A stretch of DNA of 40,981 nt from Octopus bimaculoides (GCF_001194135.2 NC_069007.1:11037701-11078681); one strand, 5' to 3'; positions 11,399 to 24,047 are shown, numbered from the stretch's first letter. The notes: generated from the sequence alone by a model not told the origin. Translations and numbers: made by a program.

Positions 11399-11734
11399 CT
11401 TCAACTCAGTGTCTAGTAATGGACTTGACATTTTTTATGACCTCACTTTTGCTCACGTCCTTCAACCATAGATCTAGGTGTTGATTGCTAGGAGACAATA
11501 ATGACAGATCCCTGAGGGAAGATTATGGGATCTAGTTTAAAGCTATTAATGCACCCTATCCCATTATGAGGACAATATTGTTCTAGTTTGCCCCACTGGT
11601 GAGGAAGTTTTAATATGCTCTGGAATAAATTGAAACAGACAAGTAAATATTGGACAATTCAAGAATTATGTGGGTACCGGAATTCTCATGCTGGTTAAAA
11701 CCTTTGCTTCTTGGTAAAGCATTATGCCAGTTGG

Positions 11735-12278
11735 TACCGTATTTTCCGGTCTATAAAACACATTGGTATTTAAGCCACAAGGCCAAATTTGAGGGAAAAC
11801 TTTGGTTTTATCCACACATAAAGTGCACCGGTGTTTAAAAGATCTATAGAGCTATTGGTCCGCAGCTAGCTCTTTTGTTGTTGACATGTATGTAGTTTCA
11901 AAATGCCTTATTTTACAACTATGAGATGTTATTGTTATGATTTTATCTTACTATAATCAACAACAAACACATTTCGTCAATATTAAAGTCTTCATTAGAT
12001 TAAAAATAACATTATCAAAACATGAAGGTAAACTAAACAAAAATATGCTTTGTTTTCTTCTGGGCATCAATGTACTGTAGCTGTAGTCTTTCACATTGTT
12101 CACCAACCAACCAACCTTTCCTCTGAAAAATTCAAGTAGAATCAGTTGATCTCCATACTCAAATTATTTTCCTCCTGAAACTTATAAAAAAGAACACATA
12201 TTAGGCGCACCTTTCTATAAGCCACACACTAAATTCCCCAAGAAAAAAATAACAGCTTATACACCAGAAAATATGGTT
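11735..12278. mobile_element. pogo-like non-autonomous DNA transposon
   Basis: Left TA|ccgtattttccggtctataa and right ttatacaccagaaaatatgg are terminal inverted repeats matching at 17/20. Confidence 0.75.
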
Positions 12279-12291
12279 AATCCTTCAAGTA

Positions 12292-12640
12292 AAGGCACAT
12301 GGCTTAGTGGTTCAGGTATTCAGCTCATGATCATAAGTCCATGAGTTCAATTCCCAGTGTTGTGTCCTTGAGCAAGACACTGTATTTCACATCGCTCCAG
12401 TCCAGTCAACTGGCAAAAATGAGTTGTACCTGTAATTCAAAGGGACAACCTTGTCAGACTCTGAGTCACACTGAATCTTCATGAGAACTACGTTAAGGGT
12501 ACTTGTGTCTGTGGAGTACTCAGCCACATTAATTAATTAATGCATGTTAATTTCATGCACAGGCTGTTTTGTTGATCTGATCAACTAGAACCCTCATTCA
12601 TCACTAACCGCCAGAATGCCAATAATAATAATAATAATAT
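12292..12640 (+). mobile_element. tRNA-derived SINE, family C
   Basis: A-box tggcttagtgg, B-box gagttcaattcc, gtgtccttgagcaagacact, (AAT)n tail. Confidence 0.85.
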
Positions 12641-13690
12641 ATCTTTCAACATTAAAACTATTGTCAACATTCTGGGTTGTACGAAAGTGATGATAAAAAT
12701 AACAGAAAGCAGCCTTGGGCTGAATTGAGAATTCTAACCAGGGTCTAACATTGAACTATGAAACACAGAAGTCTCTTTTCTTATTTACTATATTGCTTAG
12801 CATCATAACTAATCCAGATAAATCAAGTTTGAGAAACACATCAAGTTTAGTACATTGCATAACATCAGCTGCTTAAGAAGTTAAAGGATGGTGTAATGTT
12901 GCAGATTCAATCAAAAATGATTGATTTGAAATAGAAGAAATTTTCTCGGTTTCTTCATTTTCACAAGTTTTGGATGTTTTAGATAGACAAGATTGATCTT
13001 TGTCATTTCATAGCTTTTTAACTTGAATAATAAAATAAAATTGCATTAAAGAAAAGCAAACAGTTAATAGTTATTATTTTGAAAAATAGAGCGTTCAGGA
13101 AATTTTCTTGTAGACTAATCAAAATGTCCATTTCAGCTTCTATATTTCTAAAATGTTACATGATTTTGATTGGAGAGATAATGTTATAATTCAGGTTGTG
13201 AGGGCAAAATACAATTACGAAAAATCTGATGAACTTCTTACCTTTTTCGATGATAATCAAAGAAAAGTCATCAAATTTTCAGTGCCAGCCAAATGAGTTT
13301 CTAAGTGAAAGTAATCAATTTTTATGTCTCTCATTATATATGTGCATATGTGCATGTTTGTAGGGTGAGTATGTCTACATTTTTGTATATGTATGCTTGT
13401 GCGTATGTTTGTGTGTGTGCACATATGTGTGTTTATGTATTTCTGCGTTTATGCGTAAATGCAGAATGTTCTTGTTTTCAGAACAGTTAAATACTTGGTT
13501 CCTTTTCTCTGGGGAGTTTAAGTGACCAGTATTTTTTCGTGGAATGTTAAGGTGGTCAGAATATGGTCTAAATGGCACCAGAATGAACAGCAACCCCTAC
13601 GTGTGTGTGTGTGTGTGTGTGTGTGTACTGATGGGCTCAAAAACAGTATTGATAAAGTGTAAATGAATGAATACATAAATATGTATGTAC

Positions 13691-13944
13691 TTGAGTAGAA
13701 GACCCACCAAGCCAAGTGAAATCGTAGTCTTGGCAGATACTGGTGTCATGCAACTGGTACCTGTGCTGGCAGCATGTAAAAGCGACCTTTACACTTTTGG
13801 AGTGGTTGACATTAGGAAGGGCATCCAGCCATAGAAGCCATGCCAAATCAGACTGGAGTCTGGTGCAGCCCTTCGGCTTCCCAGCCTTGGTCAAACCATC
13901 CAATCCATCCCAGCGTGGACAACAGATGTTAAATGATGATGATG
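13691..13944 (+). mobile_element. RTE LINE 3' end, diverged subfamily
   Basis: ttaggaagggcatccagc..ccaaatcagactgg..gatgttaaatgatgatgatg. Confidence 0.8.
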
Positions 13945-14318
13945 TGTATGTTTGTATGTAGGTAGGCAGGTAGGTACATATGTATTCATGTATTCTTCTG
14001 TTGGTGGGGAAGGCACAATGAGGGGGTTTTGAATGCATGTTTGACTTTGAGAAGAAAACTTACAAAGACTACATCTTCTAAGCAAATGAATTTCTTTAAA
14101 TGCAGTAAAAACGCTATAACATATTCAGAAAGATATTTCAGAAAATTATCACCATTCTCTTCCAGCATATAAAAGACAAATTTAGCTGGGGCAAAATGAG
14201 TAAGACAAGATAAGGTAAAATTTGCCTCTTCAATTCTCCAGAATTACATTTGTAAAATGGCTTGTACACATCAATATCCATCCTTAGACACCACAAAAAT
14301 CAGAAATGCTACAAAAAT

Positions 14319-14446
14319 TGGTTCCGGGTTCATTCCCACTGCGTGGAACCTTGGGCAAGTGTCTTCTACTATAGCTTCGGGCCAACCAAAGCCTTGTGAG
14401 TGGATTTGGTAGACGGAAACTGAAAGAAGCCCATCGTATATATGTG

Positions 14447-14479
<33 letters not shown>

Positions 14480-14673
14480 TTGTGTCTGTGTTCGTGCCCC
14501 TCAACATTGCTTGACAACCGATGCTGGTGTGTTTATGTCACCGTAACTTAGTGGTTCGACAAAAGAGACCGATAGAATAAGTCCTGGGGTCGATTTGCTC
14601 GACTAAAGGCGGTGCTCCAGCATGGCCGCAGTCAAATGACTGAAACAAGTAAAAGAGTAAAGAGTAAAAGGAG
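14319..14673 (+). mobile_element. SINE family A, 5'-truncated
   Basis: ggttccgggttcattccc B-box region through gaaacaagtaaaagagtaaagag tail. Confidence 0.9.
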
Positions 14674-15459
14674 TATCTTGGTTAAATGAAAGAAGATCAG
14701 GGGAAAATGACACATGATATGGAATTAACAAAACTCAACTAAATCAAAAAAAACAAACTCGACATATGATATTCTCTATAGCTTTTCCATGATCTGCTGG
14801 AGTGGCTCTCTTCTTGATATGTTGATGCACCATGCGGTGAAAGAGATGAAATTATTGAAATTAGTCATGACTCATTTTACCCTATCTTAGACATCATTTT
14901 TTGAAAATTGAATATTATCAAATTAAACATTAGTGTTAGAAAGAAATTGACTTGGAATCCAATGGAGAAAAAAATACTGATTGTTTAGCAATCTCAATTA
15001 CAATCCGGTCAAAATTGAGGGAAGACTTCTTGTAAAACAAAAAGTACCTGACACCTGACTATGTTTCAAACTCTCTCAACATCAACTGTGCTGACTGATT
15101 TTTACACCTGGAGATGATGCAAGACTTGCAATGTTATGAGTCCAAACAGGTAAGGAGAAAATAACAAGAAATCAGACATTACTCATTTTGTCCTAGTTAC
15201 CAATTTTGCCCCACTACTCTATATAAACTTACATTTCATCGGCACTGTTTGTGGTTTTATTTTTTATTGCTGCTGTTGTTGTTGGTGGTGATGTCCTTTG
15301 TTTTGGCTTTAATTTCCTTTAATTCAATATCATTTCTTCCTCTATTGTTTCTCTGGGGAATTTCTAACCAATCTCTTTGGCTCCTCTGGTTTATTGTTTT
15401 AAAATATATTTTTTACAGAGATGTACTTGCATGGCAAGTAACTTGTTCTGAGTTCATGT

Positions 15460-15765
15460 GCTGAAACAAAAACAATTGCAACATGAAAGGTGTTTATAAG
15501 CCATTTAAAAACACACACACACACAAAAAAAAAAACCCGTTAGATTCACTTCAACATTTAAATTTAATTTGTGTCAAAAATATTTTCATTGCTTTGAAAC
15601 CTCGACCTGTTCACAAAATTTTGTCAGTGAACAGGTCACAGTTTCAAATTTTGACATGAATTAAATTTAAATATTGAAGTGAATCTAACAGTTTTTTTTT
15701 GTTTGTTTTTAAATGGCTTATAAACATCTTCCACGCTACATTTTTAATTTATTTTTTGTCCTGGT
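15460..15765. mobile_element. Foldback / MITE-like long imperfect inverted repeat
   Basis: Arms of about 120 bp (gtttataagccattt, ttagattcacttcaa, gacctgttcac) are mirrored around a 12-nt spacer at 15615-15626. Confidence 0.8.
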
Positions 15766-15829
15766 TGAAGAGGAAAAGTTAGTCAGTTAGTTAGTTTTAC
15801 TTTTAAGGTTACAGTTGTATGTGGTTCAA

Positions 15830-16021
15830 TCATCATCATCGTTTAACGTCTGCTTTCCATACTAGCATGGGTTGGACGATTTGACTGAGGACTGGTGGAC
15901 CAGATGGCTACACCAAGCTCCAATCTGATTTGGCAGAGTTTCTACAGCTGGATGCCCTTCCTAACGCCAACCACTCTGAGAGTGTAGTGGGTGCTTTTAT
16001 GTGCCACCGGCACGAAGGTCA
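15830..16021 (-). mobile_element. RTE LINE 3' tail, heavily 5'-truncated
   Basis: Matches 459-640 and 5936-6121. Confidence 0.9.
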
Positions 16022-16289
16022 CTGAAAAACAAAGAGAGAGAGAGAGAGAGAGAGATTGTTAATTAACTCCCACAATTTACAATACCTCAGTAGCAATTGC
16101 TCTGTTTTTGCTAAGTAATTAGTAACTTGAATGACTTTTCCCTTTAAAACTATCCATTTATCCTGCTGTTCTTGAATGCGATCATTAAATGATCTTTAAA
16201 CAAGACTTGAGGTGTCTTGGTCAGCTTGTAAATTTAGAATATGCTCACCACAACAGACTGATGATTCTCGAAAGAGGCATGGAAGTACT

Positions 16290-16484
16290 GCTATAAAAAG
16301 CTATTAAAAGTGGAGAATGCATGAGAGAACAGGGACTCAACTGAAGGACCAGCTAATCGAGTTAACAGTAGTAAGATACTTAAAACAATTAAGAAAATCC
16401 TTGGCCCATCAGAAATCACTGCAGAGATGCTTAAAATGTCTGGCAGAGTAGGTTATGGCTTACTCACTCATGTAATTAACCAAG

Positions 16485-16485
<1 letters not shown>
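16290..16485 (+). mobile_element. RTE LINE internal ORF2 fragment
   Basis: GPSEITAEMLKMSGRVGYGLLTHVINQ matches the window-end copy KISGSVSYCLVTHIVNQV (40930-40981, minus). Confidence 0.75.
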
Positions 16486-16516
<31 letters not shown>

Positions 16517-16585
16517 CTATACGTACACACAAATTATATATGCTATATGTATGTGTTTGTGTCTCCTTTTCTTGATATAGTATCT

Positions 16586-16924
16586 CTCTCTTTTACTCTT
16601 TTAATTGTTTCAGTCATTTGACTGCAGCCATGCTGGAGCATGGACTTATTCTTTGTAAGCCTAGTACTTATTCTATCGGTCTCTTTTTGCCGAACTGCTA
16701 AATTACGGGGATGTAAACACACCAGCATCGGTTGTGTGGGACAAACACAGACACACAAACACACATTACACACACNNNNNNNNNNNNNNNNNNNNNNNNN
16801 NNNNNNNNNNNNNNNNNNNNNNNNNNNNNNNNNNNNNNNNNNNNNNNNNNNNNNNNNNNNNNNNNNNNNNNNNNNNNNNNNNNNNNNNNNNNNNNNNNNN
16901 NNNNNNNNNNNNNNNNNNNNNNNN

Positions 16925-16957
<33 letters not shown>

Positions 16958-17119
16958 TATACGACGGGCTTCTTTCAGTTTCCGTCTACCAAATCCACTC
17001 ACAAGGCTTTGGTCAGCGCAAGGCTATAGTGGAAGACATTTGTCCAAGGTGTCACACAGTGGGACTGAACCCGGAACCATGTGGTTGGTAAGCAAACTAC
17101 TTACCACACAGCCACTCCT
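16586..17119 (-). mobile_element. SINE family A spanning gap 16776-16924
   Basis: Head and tail homologous to 9462-9872. Confidence 0.9.
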
Positions 17120-17120
17120 A

Positions 17121-17348
17121 GACAGTTGTAAATGAGTGTCACTGTCATAATAGCAGTATCATTTATATCTAATTCTCTGCAGAAACATGTCTTTTCTTGG
17201 GAAATTATTATCTTGCTTGCAAACAGGTAAGGGCTAGTGACAGGAAGGACGTTTGGCTGTAGAAAATCTTCCTCGATAAATTCTATCCTAACCATACAAA
17301 TTTGAAAAACTGTATTATGAAATGATAGTGCTGATGATGAGGATGATA
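17121..17348 (+). mobile_element. 3' half of an RTE-tailed SINE-like repeat
   Basis: Homologous to the 3' part of 20690-21143; ends gacaggaagg..tgatgatgaggatg. Confidence 0.6.
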
Positions 17349-17582
17349 TATACAATACGTATACATATGTATGTATACATGCCATCAAATAACTGCCAAG
17401 ACATGAGCGTTGTTAAAACCCCAGTATCCATCAAACCATTTCTATAAAGTAAAAAAGAAAAACCTGTGTTTTATTTTCCTTAAAAAAAATGAATAGATTC
17501 ATTAAAATCCTGTAACGCATGTTATATTACAGAAAATCCGATGCTTTAAAAATATCTGTCAATCATTTCTGCTTGGATCTAC

Positions 17583-17835
17583 CACATCATGAGATATTAT
17601 AGCTGAGAGTTGGATACTTCCCTTATGTTTGGATATCTCACATCATAATACATTATACTTGAATAGCTAGCACTGTTATTGTGTTTATGTACAACACATT
17701 ACATGGTATTTCAGTTGAAAGTCTGTTTATATAATTGTGTTTGGTTATAGCACATCATTAGATGTTACAGTTCAAAGTTAGATGCTATAAATTATGTTTG
17801 GTTGCACGGCATCATGAGATATTTATAGTTCAATG
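17583..17835 (+). repeat. Decayed 56-bp tandem array, 5 units
   Basis: cacatcat-type starts at 17583, 17639, 17695, 17751 and 17808. Confidence 0.8.
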
Positions 17836-17854
17836 AATGAAGGTATGACTTTCT

Positions 17855-18010
17855 GGTTAAAAAGTTTTGTTTTGCATCTATGTGACTTTGAGTTCAATCT
17901 CTTGAACTCAGAGTCACATCATCTTGGGCAAATGTCTTCTAGCATTGCCTCAGATTGATAACAGCTTCGTGAGCAAAATTTTGTTGGTGGAAACCATGTA
18001 GAAGTCTCCT
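17855..18010 (+). mobile_element. Old SINE head (family A-like) containing a foldback hairpin
   Basis: gagttcaa B-box-like motif followed by cttgggcaaatgtcttct. Confidence 0.5.
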
Positions 18011-18231
18011 GGAAGGATTGTTTTTGTTCTTGAGTTGTAGTCATTCATTGCATGGTTTAAAATCGCTTGGCCTTTGAGTATCCTTAATAGAACCCATTCT
18101 ACCATCAGCATCAATTTAGGTCACTAGTCTGAAGCTAGTACGTTGCTCATGACCTTTGGTGATGAGTAATACCATTCTTCCTTAGATTAGGTAAAAGAAC
18201 AAATCTATTATAAATTGAGTCCACATATCAG

Positions 18232-18620
18232 CAGAGGCATGCTGCATGGCAAGAAGTTTGCTTCCTAACCGCATGGTTATAGGTTCAGTCCTACTGTGTG
18301 TCACTTTAGGCAAGTGTATTCTACTATTCTACTATAACCCTAAGCTGACCAAAGCTATCTGAGTGGATTTTGTGGATAGAAACTGAAAAAAGCCCATTGT
18401 ATACATATGTGTGTGTGTGTGTATGTCTGGACCCACCACAACTGGTGTTCGTTTGTTTACCTCCCCATAATTTAGCAGTTTGGCAAAACAGACCTATAGA
18501 ATAAATGCCAGACCTTAAAAAATAAGTGCACTGGCCAGTTTGTTTGACAAAAACCCTTAAAGGCGGTGCCCCAGCATGGCTGCTATCCAATGACTGAAAC
18601 AAGTAAAAAATAAAAAGATA
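18232..18620 (+). mobile_element. SINE family A, diverged
   Basis: ggttcagtcc B-box, aaaggcggtgccccagcatgg, gaaacaagtaaaa tail. Confidence 0.85.
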
Positions 18621-19280
18621 TACCAGCGAAACCATGATGTCAAGTGTTTAGGCTGTTGAACATACAATCAAAAGGTTGCAGGTTTGATTTCCAGATCAGG
18701 AGCACATTGCATCCTCAGGTGCAAGTCATCTCTTCATACAACTGCAAAATGGCATTTAGCAGGTTGTTCCCAAATCTTTCATCTGCAAGATGCCAAAAGA
18801 TCTTGATGGCTACAGAGTACTGGAAGATGGTGATGGCACATATAATTATTTTGGAATAATTATAATAACACCTACCTTCAAATGTCATGAGATAATACAA
18901 CTGAATGCAATGGTGAACTGGCCAGATTGCCAGCTTACCCAATGGCAAGTGGGCCCCTGCACCATTAGAATCCATATATGGGGGCCCGTGTTAGTATCTA
19001 AGGATCCCATTCCCTCAAGTTTGAGAATTTTTATTAACTCTTGGATGAATGCATTAATAATTTCAGCATGGCCATGTTTGTAGACAATTGAAAAGAATAC
19101 TTTTAACAAAAAAAAAAAAAATAATAATAAATAAAATAAATGATAGCATTGTAGTTGTGGGTGGGCCTCCTTAGTCTCCTGACAACCAATATTTTTAGAC
19201 CCAGTCTGCCACTGACTGAAGGTGTCTTATTACAGTAAACTCTGGATGCATCCAGGTACAGTGATTATAACTGCATGCAT

Positions 19281-19465
19281 TGCATCACGCCATATTGCAC
19301 TTCAAAACGTGATAACAGTATTGGGTTCAAAACTACCACATCATGAGATGTTATAGTTCAAAGTAAGATACTATAAATTATATTACGATAAACAACATCA
19401 TGCGATATTTATAAGTTCAAAGGTATGATGCAGCACGCCATGAGATATTACAGTTCTCAGTTAAG
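19281..19465 (+). repeat. Second decayed 56-bp array, about 4 units
   Basis: Starts at 19281, 19337, 19394 and 19434; 19337-19425 closely matches 17751-17835. Confidence 0.75.
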
Positions 19466-19688
19466 TATTATAATTACAAAGGGATGAGTTTATCTTTCAT
19501 AGTAATTGGAATTTCTTTTGTGCATCTTGAAAGTTTATTGATATATCTATCTTTCTATCTGCCTATCTATTGATCTATCTACCTACCTATAATCTCATCT
19601 TAATTCACTATCTATTTATTGATTTATCCACTCACCTTTTATTGTTCTTTCTCTTCCTGTCTATCTGTCTGTCTGTCTGCCTGCCTGC

Positions 19689-19736
<48 letters not shown>

Positions 19737-20689
19737 NNNNNNNNNNNNNNNNNNNNNNNNNNNNNNNNNNNNNNNNNNNNNNNNNNNNNNNNNNNNNNNN
19801 NNNNNNNNNNNNNNNNNNNNNNNNNNNNNNNNNNNNNNNNNNNNNNNNNNNNNNNNNNNNNNNNNNNNNNNNNNNNNNNNNNNNNNNNNNNNNNNNNNNN
19901 NNNNNNNNNNNNNNNNNNNNNNNNNNNNNNNNNNNNNNNNNNNNNNNNNNNNNNNNNNNNNNNNNNNNNNNNNNNNNNNNNNNNNNNNNNNNNNNNNNNN
20001 NNNNNNNNNNNNNNNNNNNNNNNNNNNNNNNNNNNNNNNNNNNNNNNNNNNNNNNNNNNNNNNNNNNNNNNNNNNNNNNNNNNNNNNNNNNNNNNNNNNN
20101 NNNNNNNNNNNNNNNNNNNNNNNNNNNNNNNNNNNNNNNNNNNNNNNNNNNNNNNNNNNNNNNNNNNNNNNNNNNNNNNNNNNNNNNNNNNNNNNNNNNN
20201 NNNNNNNNNNNNNNNNNNNNNNNNNNNNNNNNNNNNNNNNNNNNNNNNNNNNNNNNNNNNNNNNNNNNNNNNNNNNNNNNNNNNNNNNNNNNNNNNNNNN
20301 NNNNNNNNNNNNNNNNNNNNNNNNNNNNNNNNNNNNNNNNNNNNNNNNNNNNNNNNNNNNNNNNNNNNNNNNNNNNNNNNNNNNNNNNNNNNNNNNNNNN
20401 NNNNNNNNNNNNNNNNNNNNNNNNNNNNNNNNNNNNNNNNNNNNNNNNNNNNNNNNNNNNNNNNNNNNNNNNNNNNNNNNNNNNNNNNNNNNNNNNNNNN
20501 NNNNNNNNNNNNNNNNNNNNNNNNNNNNNNNNNNNNNNNNNNNNNNNNNNNNNNNNNNNNNNNNNNNNNNNNNNNNNNNNNNNNNNNNNNNNNNNNNNNN
20601 NNNNNNNNNNNNNNNNNNNNNNNNNNNNNNNNNNNNTATATATTAGCATGTATATGTCATATATAATATATACTTACATAGTATATATA

Positions 20690-21143
20690 ACATTTCCATA
20701 CTTTCCATGCTTGCATGAGTTAGATGGAATTTGGTTGGATGTCCTTCCTGTCACCACTCACTTGCTTCCACGAAAAGTAATATTTCCCATTGCCTGACAT
20801 GTTTTTCATGGAAGAATGGACACAAGCAACATTGCCTCTCTGACAGTGATGGTTGCTTGCAACTATCATGCGATGCCAAGACAAGAAGAAAGACACACAT
20901 ACACACATGGATACACACAGAAACACACACATCACACAGACACCCACTGTTATGCACACAGGTATACATACACCCACAGACACATGCACATAGACTGGCT
21001 TCTGTCTTTTTACATATTCCAAGTCCATTCACAAGGCTTTGATCAGCCCAAGTCTATAAAAGCTGCTTACCCAAAGTACCATGTGATAGGAGTGAACTCA
21101 AAAACATATGGTTTGGAGGAAAGCTTTTGAACCACACAGCCAT
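20690..21143 (-). mobile_element. SINE with family-A tRNA head and RTE-like tail
   Basis: Minus strand head tggctgtgtggttc..gagttcact..aaagccttgtgaatgg; tail gacaggaaggacatcc..catgcaagcatggaaag. Confidence 0.65.
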
Positions 21144-21146
21144 ATA

Positions 21147-21328
21147 TATTGTATTTCAATGTGTATAAGGAATCCTTTTTTGTCAAAAATTAGGTTAAAA
21201 AAATATGGGGGTTTCTTATACATGGATAGTATCATAATTCCTTACAAAACTGTTTTTCCAAATTTTAAGACCCCAAAATTAGGTGGTCCTTATAGACGAG
21301 GATTCCTTATACACGTTAAAATACGGTA
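21147..21328. mobile_element. pogo-like MITE
   Basis: ta|ttgtatttcaatgtgtataagg and ccttatacacgttaaaatacgg|ta are imperfect TIRs related to those of 11735-12278. Confidence 0.65.
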
Positions 21329-21344
21329 TGTATATATAGTAGTA

Positions 21345-21945
21345 AGAGGCATTTGTTGGTCTCGAGAGGCCATGGATCTGTGCCTAAAGAAATTGTGTCA
21401 GCTGCTGATGGTGGTTCAGCATTTCTTGTGGCAGTACAGGCCCACAAGGGAGTGGCAGTCACGCATACAGCAACTGCATTTAAAGGTGCTCTCTGCCTGT
21501 GCTACTGGTTTTTGGGTGTGATTTTCTTTGGTAGAAAGTTCCTGTTTTTCTTCCCCTCGCTTCATCCCCTTTTGCAGTATTTATCTTCATTTGCAAACTC
21601 CTCTCATCTCAGGACATCCAGATCAAGGGACTTCATATTCCTCTTACAGATGTCCTTGAAACAAAGACGAGGTCGTCCTTGTGCTCTTGTACTAGTGGCC
21701 AGTTCCCCATACAGGAAGTCTTTTGGGATCCTTCCATCCAGCATGTGATGTACATCACTGAGCAAGCACAAACAACGTTGTTGGAGCAGGGTGATTATCC
21801 TGGGTATCATGGCTCGTTTGAGGACTTTGGTGCTGGTGATATGGTCAGTCCATTTGATATCCAAGATGCGTCTCAAATTATGAAGGTGAAAGATACACAC
21901 ATGGGACAAAATACTGAAGGACAATCTATCTCAAAACACTAAATC
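21345..21945 (-). mobile_element. RTE-BovB-like LINE ORF2 C-terminus and 3' end, pseudogenised
   Basis: LRRILDIKWTDHIT..GRIPKDFLYGELAT..GRPRLCFKDICKRNMK, and after a frameshift the C-terminal TFKCSCCMRDCHSLVGLYCHKKC*. Confidence 0.85.
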
Positions 21946-22308
21946 TTATGGAAGGGATAACAAAGGATCGAGATTTCTGGTGCCATGCTGTACTCAAGAA
22001 GACCCATCCTCCACAGCAGAAGTCTTAATGCTGCTCCCTCTGTTGAAGGGGATTGGCCTGCTAGAGTCCTGTGCTGGTGCCACATGAAAAGCATCTGTGT
22101 TGGCACCTTATAAAAGCACCTCTACCAGTGGCACATAAAGAGAACCCAGGAAACTCTGTAAAGTAGTTGGTATTAAGAAGGACACCCAGCCCTAGAAATC
22201 AGGTCAAATCAGACTGGAACTTGGTGCAGCTCTTCTGCTTACAATCTCCAGTTAAACCGTCCAATTCATGCCAGAATGGAATGCAGACATTAAATAATGA
22301 TGACGATG

Positions 22309-22310
<2 letters not shown>
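21946..22310 (+). mobile_element. RTE LINE 3' end including last ORF2 codons, another subfamily
   Basis: TKDRDFWCHAVLKKT resembles TSDRNLWRYAVLENT; tail ttaaataatgatgacgatgat. Confidence 0.7.
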
Positions 22311-22360
<50 letters not shown>

Positions 22361-22939
22361 GCTTATACACAACACACACACATATATATATATACACACA
22401 CACACACATATATATATGCTTATGTATATACATACATATAATATATACACTTACATGTATACATGTGTACATATCCAAATACACATGCATACTCATAAGT
22501 ATGCATATAAACACATGCACACACACACACGCACACACACAATCTACTGACATATATGAGTATGCATGCAGACATGCGTAAACACATCTACAGACATACA
22601 GCTGCACACATGCATGCACATGCGCGCACCTGCACATAGACACACACACACAAACACATGCAGTGACAAATCCATATTCATAGGCATAAATCCACCTCCA
22701 TACACAGATATAGTCCTCCACATACACCCATACATGAAAATATATACACATATAGCCACACACAAGTGTACATAAACATATGCATGCAGGTACACAATAA
22801 CTTACAACACATGCATTCAAACAAAAAACACAACTACATGATTATGTGTATGTGTCTATATATACATATATAATATATGTATGTATGTGTATATAGATAT
22901 ATGTATACGTATATACATATGTATATGTGTGTGCATATA

Positions 22940-23003
<64 letters not shown>

Positions 23004-23036
23004 TATACATACATATATATACATATATACACACAC

Positions 23037-23068
<32 letters not shown>

Positions 23069-23075
23069 TTGTACA
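22311..23075. repeat. Long compound (CA)/(TA) microsatellite and low-complexity tract
   Basis: Direct reading of the sequence. Confidence 0.9.
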
Positions 23076-23631
23076 TGAAATTTTACTGTTGCTCATTCAC
23101 AGAACTACGCTTTCTCATACACAAACATACAAACATACACGAACACATACACGGCTATTGATGCACACATGTACACATCCACACACACCAAAACTGAGAA
23201 TAGTGAAACTGTCCAAGAAAATTAATCTGGGAAGGAAGCAACTTCAAACTCATTACAAATTTATATTAGCCTTAAGCAAGTTCTTTGGTAGTTATTCTAA
23301 GCATATGATTTGGTAATGTCCGCATCTGGTGAATGTCTATGCAGTGCTGGTTAGTTCTTTATTAATGAGACTATGGTGACCAGCTGTCCATCACCAACTT
23401 TTGCAATTCATCTAAAATATTGCATCAAGCCGGCGCTTTAGCCTGGCTTTTGCCAAGATGTCTATCGCAAATTAAAGAACTAGAAGAAAAGCAAAAGAAC
23501 TACATGCACACACACACACACATACACACACACTCTCACATACATACATGTATGTATGTATGAAATATATACCACATATATAATGCAGTATTTCATACAC
23601 ACACACACACATACACACATATAGAAGTGAA

Positions 23632-23950
23632 AGTGTGTGGCTTCGTGGTTTGCGTATTTGGCTCATGGTCATAGGGTCGTGGGTTCGATACCTAGCAGCA
23701 CATTGTATCCTTGAACAAGACAGTTTATTTCTTGTTGCACCAGTCCACTCAGCCGGCAAAAATGAGTAGTACCTGTAATTCATAGGGTCAGCCTTATCAT
23801 ATCCTGTGCCAAGCTGATCCTCCCTTAGAACTATGTTAAGGGGTATGCATGTCTGTGGAGTACTCAGTCACTTGCACATTAATTTCATGAACAGGCTATC
23901 CTGTTGATCGGATCAACTAAAGCCCTTGTCGTAACCGATAGATTACCAGT
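23632..23950 (+). mobile_element. tRNA-derived SINE, family C
   Basis: A-box tggcttcgtgg, B-box ggttcgatacc; body matches 12292-12640. Confidence 0.8.
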
Positions 23951-24007
23951 ATGTGTATACATGTGTACTTATGAAATATATACCACATATATATATACAT
24001 ATACATG

Positions 24008-24047
<40 letters not shown>

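Noticed and set aside
14000-15155. Splice-like sites (ttccag..aaaatga|gtaaga near 14165-14200; ccaaacag|gtaagg near 15148)
   Set aside because: The peptides are short and unrecognisable, and such motifs occur by chance at this density.
18644-19109. Overlapping 70-97 aa ORFs in non-repetitive-looking DNA
   Set aside because: No recognisable motif; similar-length ORFs on both strands suggest chance.
17583-19465. CRISPR-like appearance of the 56-bp arrays
   Set aside because: The would-be spacers are homologous to each other, the repeats are degenerate, no cas genes are present and the context is eukaryotic.
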